A stretch of 31,960 nucleotides of DNA from a virus (IMGVR_UViG_3300042393_000397:1-31960), one strand, 5' to 3'. Positions 17,888-24,811 are shown, numbered from the stretch's first letter. Numbers and translations: made by a program. The notes: generated by a model not told the origin, from the sequence alone.

Positions 17888-18411
17888 TATTTTATATCTT
17901 TTAAGCTAAATTTTAAAAACGCCTCCAAATCTAAGCCGTATTTTTCAGCAATTATATTGTCAAAATTTTTATATTCCTCATCAAATGCACTTCTAAAAAA
18001 TTTCGTTTCTGGAGTTCCTGTTTTATTTATCGATTTGGTAATACTTGCCACCATAGTTGATCGCTTTGTAAACTTTCCATTTGCCCCCCTAACGCCTTGC
18101 AACCCTTTACGAACTACCCATTTATCAATCGCCCCTATTGACGCGTTGGCTCTATAAGGTGAGTTAGGTGCTTTTTTACTCGATTGACTTCCCTTTGTCC
18201 CGTAATCTAATAATTTCCAATAGTCCTCCGCAAAGAAGTCAAACTCCAACGAGTTAGGATTGATTTTAGTTTTGAAACTTAAAGACCTCGATAAATTACC
18301 GCTCGTATTGTGTGTCCCATACTTGCCACCTGTTTTTAAATTCAGTCTGGCGTTTTCAATAACCATTGCACCGAACTCGTTTAAAGTCTTTTGTACTTGG
18401 TTAATTTCCAT
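17887..18411 (-). CDS. Neck/tail-completion protein, HK97 gp10-like (likely start MEINQV at 18411)
   Basis: TSGNLSRSL, LDYGTKG and GTPETKFFRSAF motifs. Confidence 0.6.
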   Translation of the reverse strand: MEINQVQKTLNEFGAMVIENARLNLKTGGKYGTHNTSGNLSRSLSFKTKINPNSLEFDFFAEDYWKLLDYGTKGSQSSKKAPNSPYRANASIGAIDKWVVRKGLQGVRGANGKFTKRSTMVASITKSINKTGTPETKFFRSAFDEEYKNFDNIIAEKYGLDLEAFLKFSLKDIK

Positions 18412-18865
18412 CACAACAAACGCTAATATCATTATTCGGTACACTCAACTCAACTTGACAAATCCAACCGTCTAACGCGTTTGTAAACGCCATAAATACT
18501 GGTTGCAAACTTGGCTCGTTTAATAATTCAATATCAAAATCGTTTCTTTGCAAACGCATTTTGGTAATCATATAATTCATTATGGCGTGGCAAGTGTTGA
18601 GGTTGTCCAATTCATTATCGTTGCCCAAGAATTTATCTTTTACTTTTATCTTTGAAAAATTACGAATATCTACAATTGCAATCTCAAAAGTAAATATTAC
18701 TACTCCAGAATTAATTACCGAACTCAGCACGTTGATATGAGCCATCGGAAATATGTTTTTCTTTACGTTGTCGATTATATCCGTTCCGTGAGTAATCGTA
18801 TTTAGTAAAGGAGCTCCCTCAAGGGTGCTTTTAATGTAGTCAATAGCTTGGTAAAATGCTCTCAT
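18401..18865 (-). CDS. Putative tail terminator
   Basis: 154 aa with FPMAHI and LDGW motifs; position in the tail block. Confidence 0.5.
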   Translation of the reverse strand: MRAFYQAIDYIKSTLEGAPLLNTITHGTDIIDNVKKNIFPMAHINVLSSVINSGVVIFTFEIAIVDIRNFSKIKVKDKFLGNDNELDNLNTCHAIMNYMITKMRLQRNDFDIELLNEPSLQPVFMAFTNALDGWICQVELSVPNNDISVCCDGN

Positions 18866-19122
18866 TTTTTTAATGTCTTTTTAATATTGTTTGCCTCTTC
18901 TCGGCTTTCGTCAATTAGATACGATAATAGCGTAAGTGACTCGTGAAGAGGCTCTCTTCCAACTTCTCGAATGTGTATATTAAGTTCTCGCGCAATTCTA
19001 ATAAATGATTGATACCACCCCCATCGTTCGCTAAAACTTCCTCCAAATGCACTCCCTCCCTCATCGCTTTGCTCTCCAAATGCAATAGGATATTCGCTAA
19101 TAATTCTTTGCTTAAAGTCCAA
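18862..19122 (-). CDS. -1 frame extension of the tail assembly chaperone (GT-like product, ~248 aa from 19607)
   Basis: Frame opens at the T9 run (19121-19129), has no ATG of its own, and its stop overlaps the ATG of the next gene. Confidence 0.75.
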   Translation of the reverse strand: MDFKQRIISEYPIAFGEQSDEGGSAFGGSFSERWGWYQSFIRIARELNIHIREVGREPLHESLTLLSYLIDESREEANNIKKTLKK

Positions 19123-19607
19123 AAAAAAAGCATTGAACTAATAACTACATCCATTGGGGTTTCTTTAAATAAAACCGCTCGGCTTTCGTCACCATCGTAA
19201 AGCTCAATTTCGTAAAATGGCAAAGCCTTTTTGGTTATTCGTCTATACATTACCGACATTAATAATGGCAAATTCTCATCCGTTCCGAGTAATGTGTCAA
19301 TTGTAGCGTGTTCGCCCAAACTTATTTTGTCAATATTTGGAATAAAACCATAATGCACACCATCCATTTTGAAAGTGCGAACGAGTTTAGGTTTTTGATC
19401 CAATACTTTGGCGATATTTTCAACGATATCAGTAAAGTCATTTACTGGTATTTGCATAACTTCCGCAACGGTTAAGTTACAAAATATTGCTACCATTTGA
19501 ATACACACAAACGTGTCATCGTCTGAATTATCAGCGACTACCTTTTTATAACGTAGGTATTGAGATAGTTTAATCTCGCTTAAATCTGTTGGAATTATAA
19601 CTCTCAT
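18915..19607 (-). CDS. Tail assembly chaperone (G-like, zero-frame product, 230 aa)
   Basis: Contains slippery CTT TTT TTT TGG at codons 160-163; first gene after a late promoter. Confidence 0.7.
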   Translation of the reverse strand: MRVIIPTDLSEIKLSQYLRYKKVVADNSDDDTFVCIQMVAIFCNLTVAEVMQIPVNDFTDIVENIAKVLDQKPKLVRTFKMDGVHYGFIPNIDKISLGEHATIDTLLGTDENLPLLMSVMYRRITKKALPFYEIELYDGDESRAVLFKETPMDVVISSMLFFWTLSKELLANILLHLESKAMREGVHLEEVLANDGGGINHLLELRENLIYTFEKLEESLFTSHLRYYRI

Positions 19608-19610
19608 ATA

Positions 19611-19637
19611 TATATAACGTAAAAAGTTGATTTTGTT
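19611..19637 (-). promoter_or_regulatory. Putative late promoter (tail operon)
   Basis: AACAAAA-TCAACTTTTTA-CGTTATATA-TAT-ATG. Confidence 0.75.
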
Positions 19638-20799
19638 AAGTGATAATCATTTTTCGTGATGGCTTAATTGATAGTTGCATCATTGCAAAGTATCTGAGGC
19701 TATCGATAGCGTGGTTAAAATCGTCAATAGGCTTGTTTAGCTTTTTGCCTGTTTTATCCACATCCCAAGAGTAGTGTCTAAGTTCCTTAATTAAATTTGT
19801 ACTCGATTTGGTAACTAACAAATCCTTTTGTTGAAGTACTGATATGCCAAAATTAATTGAGTCCGCACCTTTTACAACTGGTTTGATATTGTAACCAGCC
19901 CTGCGAATTTCCTCAATACTTTTTGGCTCTGCCGAGTCAGCCCATATTGGCATTTTCCGATCCTGTTTCATTAAGGTAATTATATCGGAGTTCAAAAGCG
20001 AAGTTGAATAAATTAACTCATCGGCTATTATTTTGCCATTGTACTCGTACACTCCAATCAAAGCGGTTGGATCGTTTGAATAACCAAAATCTAAGCCACA
20101 ACCTAAAAACTTTGCCTCCGGAGGTATTGTGTCTATTTGCTCCCAGTTTTGAAATATAACTCCCTCAAGTGATCCGAGTAAACCTAACCCGTAAACATTC
20201 CACCAGTTCGCCCAATAGCTTGAGGTTAGTGCTTTGACTTTTGCCTTCTCAATTTCCCTAACGATTGCTGGATCGAGTGCCTCGTTATCTTTATAAGTTA
20301 ACACCACGAAGTCTGAGTCGATATCGTTTAATAATTCCGTTTGCACCCAAAATTCATTTGTAGGGTTGTAGTCCAAATAGATAAACTTTTTTGTCCGGAC
20401 TGCCAATTGTTGGTAGCTTTCAAAGTCAATATTATTACACTCGTTTACAAATAGAATATCCCTTCTTGCTCCTCTGAGTTTGTCGGGTTGGTCAACACTA
20501 AAAAATTCGATATAACTATTATTTGAGAATGTGTATTTTAAAGACGACCGATTGAAATTAGCATCTTTATAATTATCGGTCATTATCATTATCTTTTGAA
20601 AGTCTTTTAAAGCTCCCCTTTTTAAATGCGGAATGCTCTCACTAACTATACTAATCTCTGAAAATGGATTTTGTATAGCGTAAGTTATTAAAAGCGGTAA
20701 AATAGAAAACGTCTTCGAGCTGGATGTGCCACCTTGTACAATTCGAACACGTTTTCGAAGTCGTGCAATTTTACTCTGTGCCGTCGTTTGTTGAAACAT
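19636..20799 (-). CDS. terL: Terminase large subunit, PBSX family
   Basis: Walker A QGGTSSSKT, Walker B ILFVNE, DYNP, nuclease GLDFGYSNDP, DSAEP and NHAIDSLRY. Confidence 0.95.
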   Translation of the reverse strand: MFQQTTAQSKIARLRKRVRIVQGGTSSSKTFSILPLLITYAIQNPFSEISIVSESIPHLKRGALKDFQKIMIMTDNYKDANFNRSSLKYTFSNNSYIEFFSVDQPDKLRGARRDILFVNECNNIDFESYQQLAVRTKKFIYLDYNPTNEFWVQTELLNDIDSDFVVLTYKDNEALDPAIVREIEKAKVKALTSSYWANWWNVYGLGLLGSLEGVIFQNWEQIDTIPPEAKFLGCGLDFGYSNDPTALIGVYEYNGKIIADELIYSTSLLNSDIITLMKQDRKMPIWADSAEPKSIEEIRRAGYNIKPVVKGADSINFGISVLQQKDLLVTKSSTNLIKELRHYSWDVDKTGKKLNKPIDDFNHAIDSLRYFAMMQLSIKPSRKMIIT

Positions 20800-21055
20800 C
20801 CAAATCGAGTGAGTTAAAAATCGGTTTTTCTATATTGATATTCTGGTCAATAACTTGTTTTGGCATACCATAACGATATTGTAACCACGTTTTAATTGCG
20901 TTTGTGTCTCCGTCTTCAGCTTTTTTAAGTAAGGCTTTCCAAAGTTTCTCGGGAACTGCAATCGCATCCATAGACTCAATAAGATTAATCTCATCAATCT
21001 TTGGTTTTCTACCAGCTCCAATTCTTGCTCCACCTGCTTTTTTAATTTCCTCCAT
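20771..21055 (-). CDS. terS: Terminase small subunit (putative)
   Basis: GGARIGAGRK N-terminal motif and GDTNAIK...YGMPKQ; overlaps the terL start. Confidence 0.7.
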   Translation of the reverse strand: MEEIKKAGGARIGAGRKPKIDEINLIESMDAIAVPEKLWKALLKKAEDGDTNAIKTWLQYRYGMPKQVIDQNINIEKPIFNSLDLDVSTNDGTE

Positions 21056-21191
21056 TTGAAAAAAATTGATTATTCAAAATTATTTTATATGTTTTTCTTT
21101 GAAATAAGCCTTTAAATATAATTCAAAGTAGTATTTCTTATCTTTTTTATTTTTTTGCTTAAAATAGCGTTTAAATAGGTATTCAGATAGG

Positions 21192-21563
21192 CTATACAAA
21201 CGAATACAATTTAAATAAGTCCTTAATCACTTGCTCGTGTACTTTCGAACACGTTGGACAATTTGAGTTATCGAGTCCAAAGTAATATAAATACAATACA
21301 TTTAAAAACTCAATATTTTCGAATGTTAGTTCCGTTCGTTTGCCATCAATTACTCGTTGCCCTTTTGACTCCATAAAGATAGCGAATAAAATCTTATCCT
21401 CTGCGGTCATTTCGCTTTTAACCTTTTTAAAGTTAAATAAACGATTGAGTGTAAATTGACGTTCTTTGCAATCTAAGCAAGGCTCAATTCCAACTGCGGA
21501 GGTAACCGTTGCGATTATATCGCCCAAGCCTTGAATTTCTTTTTTAGTTCTTTTTTTTGCCAT
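21192..21563 (-). CDS. Hypothetical protein with Cys motifs (CLDC, CPTC)
   Basis: GLGD..A.VT...GI.PC..C..R motif; overlaps the end of the sigma-like gene. Confidence 0.6.
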   Translation of the reverse strand: MAKKRTKKEIQGLGDIIATVTSAVGIEPCLDCKERQFTLNRLFNFKKVKSEMTAEDKILFAIFMESKGQRVIDGKRTELTFENIEFLNVLYLYYFGLDNSNCPTCSKVHEQVIKDLFKLYSFV

Positions 21564-21978
21564 TTAATTTTAATTTAACCATCTTATTAATTCGATGGAT
21601 AGTTTGTAATGGTATGCCTGTTTGTCGTTCCAATTCTCTTTGACCTACCAAAGTTGATAATTCGAACATTGTGCGTTCGTACCAAGTTAGGTTTTTAGTT
21701 AATTTTATATAATCAATATCTAACTCTTCTGAGTACTCCTCAACTATTAATTGAAATTGACTAAAATCGTCAACTAAAATATCTTTGTTTTTTAAATGAT
21801 CGTAAAATAATGAGCGTAAAGTTACAAATATATAACCATCTGACAATGGTTTTGTTTTAGTTGAAACTTTAATATACATCTCTTGTACCAATTCGTCAGC
21901 CAAATCCTTGTCTTTACATATTTGTAAAGCCATTTTTCGCCATTGAGCGTCCTTTTTTGCCAACTCTATTAATATCAT
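21544..21978 (-). CDS. ECF-like RNA polymerase sigma factor
   Basis: Region-2-like LADELVQEMYIK...YIFVTLRSLFYD and region-4 HTH QRELERQTGIPLQTIH. Confidence 0.75.
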   Translation of the reverse strand: MILIELAKKDAQWRKMALQICKDKDLADELVQEMYIKVSTKTKPLSDGYIFVTLRSLFYDHLKNKDILVDDFSQFQLIVEEYSEELDIDYIKLTKNLTWYERTMFELSTLVGQRELERQTGIPLQTIHRINKMVKLKLNGKKKN

Positions 21979-22208
21979 AGCCTCAAAGGATTAAAATATT
22001 GCTTTAAAAAAATCAATAAATTCTCGTTGCTTTCAATATAGTAAGCCGTTCCGCTAATTATCAAAACAATTTCGTCTTGGCTTTCAATCCAGTAACCGTC
22101 AATTTTATCAACGACTACCATAAACTCCACAAAAGAGCCACCAAGTCCGAGATCATCGTCTTCCTGTTCAACCCAAAGTTGTGTCGATATGGTGTATGGT
22201 TTAATCAT
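21975..22208 (-). CDS. Hypothetical protein
   Basis: 77 aa; ATGA overlap with the sigma gene. Confidence 0.6.
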   Translation of the reverse strand: MIKPYTISTQLWVEQEDDDLGLGGSFVEFMVVVDKIDGYWIESQDEIVLIISGTAYYIESNENLLIFLKQYFNPLRL

Positions 22209-22214
22209 ATCCTA

Positions 22215-22243
22215 CAAATATAACTAAAAAAAGTTGTTTTGTA
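22215..22243 (-). promoter_or_regulatory. Composite promoter: late-type motif overlapping host TAnnTTTG
   Basis: TACAAAA-N11-AGTTATATTTG upstream of the sigma/terminase operon. Confidence 0.6.
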
Positions 22244-22249
22244 ACAAAT

Positions 22250-22909
22250 TTAAAATAATTTTGTTTGGTTTGTGTGATTTGTAATTCGTTGCATTGCCTT
22301 ATCAAAATACTCCTTATCTAATTCACAAGCGGTAAGGTCAAATCCGTAATCGTGACAAGCTATTGCAATACTCCCTGAGCCGAGATGCGTATCTAATATT
22401 TTATCGCCTTGTTTAGCGTATTTATCAAGTAACCATTTATAAAGTTGATACGGTTTTTCGGTTGGATGTATTCTTATTTGTTTGTCTTTCATATCAGGTT
22501 GTAACATTCCACTCCATAAATAACGCACAATCTTTGCAGGTTTGTCAAAACTATTCCAAGCCATTTCGCAATCAGCAAAATCATTCGAGTATTTTTCTTC
22601 TGTTTTTTTATCCCATATAATCCAACTTTTTGTTAATGGTAATTCAAAATAATTTCCACCCCATATAATTTGATTTTTTGAAACTCTAAATAACTCATTA
22701 AAATACTCTTTTGTCGGTGTTTCGCTATCCCAATTTCCAATAGAACTATAATTATTTCTTTTAGCTATCCCGCCTTTTTTGTTTTGAGTGTAATTCATCT
22801 TTTGAATATTAATCCCATAAGGTGGGTCAACAATAGCTAAATCAAAATAGTTATCAGGATAACGTGACATTAAAAGCATATTGCATTCGTTTGTAATTGT
22901 TAGACTCAT
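22250..22909 (-). CDS. Orphan N6-adenine/N4-cytosine DNA methyltransferase (beta class)
   Basis: DPPY precedes HPTEKP and LDTHLGSGS. Confidence 0.9.
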   Translation of the reverse strand: MSLTITNECNMLLMSRYPDNYFDLAIVDPPYGINIQKMNYTQNKKGGIAKRNNYSSIGNWDSETPTKEYFNELFRVSKNQIIWGGNYFELPLTKSWIIWDKKTEEKYSNDFADCEMAWNSFDKPAKIVRYLWSGMLQPDMKDKQIRIHPTEKPYQLYKWLLDKYAKQGDKILDTHLGSGSIAIACHDYGFDLTACELDKEYFDKAMQRITNHTNQTKLF

Positions 22910-22948
22910 AATTGTTTATTTTTGGATATAGTTTCATAATTGTAATAC

Positions 22949-22976
22949 ATTTATAGCGGTTAGCAATTAGATATAG
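22949..22976 (+). repeat. 28-bp attI-like site, copy 1
   Basis: ATTTATAGCGGTTAGCAATTAGATATAG; 26/28 identical to 24085-24112. Confidence 0.75.
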
Positions 22977-23322
22977 GTAAGGCTAAGAAACGTACTGCAC
23001 ATTTGAAACTTTCTTGACAACACCAACGGTATCACCAATTTCGTTCGAGTGTAACTTTAAAGTTCCGTCACCTATCAATACCTCATTTTCAAACCACATC
23101 TTTTCTTCTTCGTCTGTAAAATTGAATGTATCTTCTACATCAACTTCTATTGTCATTTTAATTTTCATTCTATTTAAATTTGTGAGAAGCCCTACCTATA
23201 ACAGCACATAGGCAATATGGCGGGGTTCTCGGTTAATATTAAGTTTTCGTTTTCAAATCAAGTTCAGTTGTAATAGGAAGTTCAGCGTTCCAAAATCCGC
23301 CACATCGCCTATCTGCAAACCG
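22971..23322 (+). mobile_element. Integron-like gene cassette 1 (352 bp)
   Basis: Start G|ATATAGGTAAGGCT is 13/15 complementary to AGCCCTACCTATAAC (23188-23202); ends in an attC-like hairpin at G|TTA (23322). Confidence 0.6.
22983..23168 (-). CDS. Hypothetical acidic protein, cargo of cassette 1
   Basis: 61-aa ORF filling the space between cassette start and hairpin. Confidence 0.65.
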   Translation of the reverse strand: MKIKMTIEVDVEDTFNFTDEEEKMWFENEVLIGDGTLKLHSNEIGDTVGVVKKVSNVQYVS

Positions 23323-23328
23323 TTATTA
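23196..23328 (+). other. attC-like imperfect inverted repeat 1 (133 bp)
   Basis: CTATAAC-AGCACATAGGCAATATGGCGG ... CCGCCACATCGCCTATCTGC-AAACC-GTTATTA. Confidence 0.7.
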
Positions 23329-23586
23329 ATAATGTTTAAAATCAACCTCGAAATCACTCCAAATATGAACAATTGCACCCGACTCACTCAGCTCCTGTAT
23401 TCTCATTTGTTGTAATGGTGCGAGTTTGCCATTTTCTCGTTTTACTTCTATAAACATCGCTTTGCCATATTTGATTGCCAGTAAGTCTGGAATGCCGTTG
23501 GTTGAGGTTTTAATTAGTTTAGTCACAAACCATCCACGCTCTTGAAGTTTGGTTTTGATTTTCGTTTGTATTTGCTGCTCTGTCAT
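23326..23586 (-). CDS. VRR-NUC nuclease (likely start MTEQQIQ at 23586)
   Basis: E..IQ, GIPDL, FIEVK and L..LQ motifs of the PD-(D/E)xK VRR-NUC family. Confidence 0.85.
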   Translation of the reverse strand: MTEQQIQTKIKTKLQERGWFVTKLIKTSTNGIPDLLAIKYGKAMFIEVKRENGKLAPLQQMRIQELSESGAIVHIWSDFEVDFKHY

Positions 23587-23657
23587 AATATTAATATCAT
23601 TATAAATAAAATTAATACTGCGAATGCAATCAATACGTTTTTGTCTTCTGGTTTCAT
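23583..23657 (-). CDS. 24-aa single-TM peptide (not in ORF track)
   Basis: MKPEDKNVLIAFAVLILFIMILIL with ATGA overlaps at both ends. Confidence 0.6.
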   Translation of the reverse strand: MKPEDKNVLIAFAVLILFIMILIL

Positions 23658-23887
23658 AATTTCTTTTTAAATTTATTATTGTAATCAAATTCTAACTCAA
23701 ATATCTCCTCGTTGTCTAAATAAATAAAGGAATAAATCCAATGCCATTTATAACCGTCTGCAATCCATTTCTCTGGCAACTCCTCATTTTTACGAGTTCC
23801 AAATAATTTAAAAGGTCGGTTATTTTTACCAACTTGAGGCTCAAAATGTAAAGCGATTTTATGATTCTTAATTGTTAGGTATTCCAT
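23654..23887 (-). CDS. Hypothetical protein
   Basis: 77-aa ORF, tightly packed with its neighbours. Confidence 0.6.
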   Translation of the reverse strand: MEYLTIKNHKIALHFEPQVGKNNRPFKLFGTRKNEELPEKWIADGYKWHWIYSFIYLDNEEIFELEFDYNNKFKKKL

Positions 23888-23890
23888 AAC

Positions 23891-24073
23891 TTAAAACGGA
23901 CACTCCGATTTTTTAGGTTTTAATATTAATTCTTGGTATTCACGTTTAATTTTTTCTGCTATTGCTTCACGGATAAAATTGCCGACTTTTATATTATTGA
24001 GTCTTATTTTTTCTAAAGTTTGATATTGAACTTCTGAAACGTTAATCGTAATGTTTTTAGTGTATGACTTCAT
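23891..24073 (-). CDS. Ribbon-helix-helix-like DNA-binding protein
   Basis: Beta-strand KNITINVS, helix EVQYQTLEKI, second helix VGNFIREAIAEKI. Confidence 0.7.
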   Translation of the reverse strand: MKSYTKNITINVSEVQYQTLEKIRLNNIKVGNFIREAIAEKIKREYQELILKPKKSECPF

Positions 24074-24084
24074 AAAAGATTTGT

Positions 24085-24112
24085 ATTTATAGCGGTTAGC
24101 AAGTAGTTATAG
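24085..24112 (+). repeat. 28-bp attI-like site, copy 2
   Basis: ATTTATAGCGGTTAGCAAGTAGTTATAG with an intact G|TT core at 24106. Confidence 0.75.
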
Positions 24113-24361
24113 CTCATTTAACCGAACCACAACCTTATTAGATAAATTAAACTCTTTCATTTCTTCGTCAAAGTTTAGTATTCCTTTCCCTAATGCTTCT
24201 TGTCCGCTGTAAGCATTTGTTATTAACACCCTTAAAGCTATTTCTTGACCGTTAGGTATGTTTTTAAGATACACTAACGAAATAGAAAAACGAGCTATAA
24301 CAGCGGTTTTAGTGCTATTGCCGTCTTGGTCTTCAACTGTAAAATTGTTTTGTGCTTTCAT
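24107..24361 (-). CDS. Hypothetical protein, cargo of cassette 2
   Basis: 84 aa; starts within the hairpin loop and stops at the cassette boundary. Confidence 0.6.
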   Translation of the reverse strand: MKAQNNFTVEDQDGNSTKTAVIARFSISLVYLKNIPNGQEIALRVLITNAYSGQEALGKGILNFDEEMKEFNLSNKVVVRLNEL

Positions 24362-24424
24362 AATCTGTCTTAAATTTAAAGTTTTAGGTGTGTTTTTTCG
24401 GCAACATCACAAAGCCCGAAAACG
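24107..24424 (+). mobile_element. Integron-like gene cassette 2 (318 bp)
   Basis: Start G|TTATAGCTC is the exact reverse complement of GAGCTATAAC (24292-24301); ends in an attC-like hairpin at G|TTA (24424). Confidence 0.65.
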
Positions 24425-24430
24425 TTATAA
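24295..24430 (+). other. attC-like imperfect inverted repeat 2 (136 bp)
   Basis: CTATAAC-AGCGGTTTTAGTGCTATTGCCG ... CGGCAACATCACAAAGCCCG-AAAAC-GTTATAA. Confidence 0.7.
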
Positions 24431-24811
24431 ATTTTTAATTGCCCAATTAGCATAATCAATAATTTTTTGAAAGTCCTCTTTGTCTTGGTCTTTTTTTCTC
24501 CAGTTGTATTTATCAATGTTGAATTTGCAAATAGCGATAATTTCCTCCTTTGATAAATTAGCCTCAGACCTTTGAAATGTATCGATACCTATTTGGTATT
24601 GACTTGGTTGAGTTACTCCATTTGAGTCGTATTCAAATTTAGGCTTCATTTGGTTTTTAATATCCCAATATCTCCAATATTCATAACTTTCTTTTGTAGG
24701 AGCCCAAGGGAAAGCAAGCCTTAAATCATTTGTTTCTAAATCTTTATTAGCTTTTTTTTGATATTTTAATGCTTTTTTTCTAACGTCTTCTGGTAATTCA
24801 CTTATTTTCAT
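24425..24811 (-). CDS. Two-domain protein with C-terminal DUF3310-like domain
   Basis: QPSQY.IGID...N..KY.WR...KEDFQK..DY resembles DUF3310; N-domain has AFPW..T.E.Y.YW. Confidence 0.55.
   Translation of the reverse strand: MKISELPEDVRKKALKYQKKANKDLETNDLRLAFPWAPTKESYEYWRYWDIKNQMKPKFEYDSNGVTQPSQYQIGIDTFQRSEANLSKEEIIAICKFNIDKYNWRKKDQDKEDFQKIIDYANWAIKNL

Noticed and set aside
20830-21033. Alternative-frame 67-aa ORF inside terS
   Set aside because: Fully nested in the better-supported terS frame, with no motif or slippery site seen.
21056-21191. Possible small gene between the Cys protein and terS
   Set aside because: No ATG-started open frame; only fragments, perhaps a decayed ORF.
21825-21832. 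Extra TATATTTG matches inside CDSs (also near 28313)
   Set aside because: Intragenic in an AT-rich genome, so expected by chance; no supporting context.
22949-24112. 28-bp direct repeat as a CRISPR repeat or prophage attL/attR
   Set aside because: Only two copies, 1.1 kb apart, with no cas or integrase genes. The enclosed DNA includes the ordinary VRR-NUC gene.
23196-24430. The two long hairpins as intrinsic terminators, tRNAs or IS/MITE ends
   Set aside because: Loops of about 75 nt, no U-tract or cloverleaf, no transposase or target duplication. Complementarity to the distant unit start is not explained by these.
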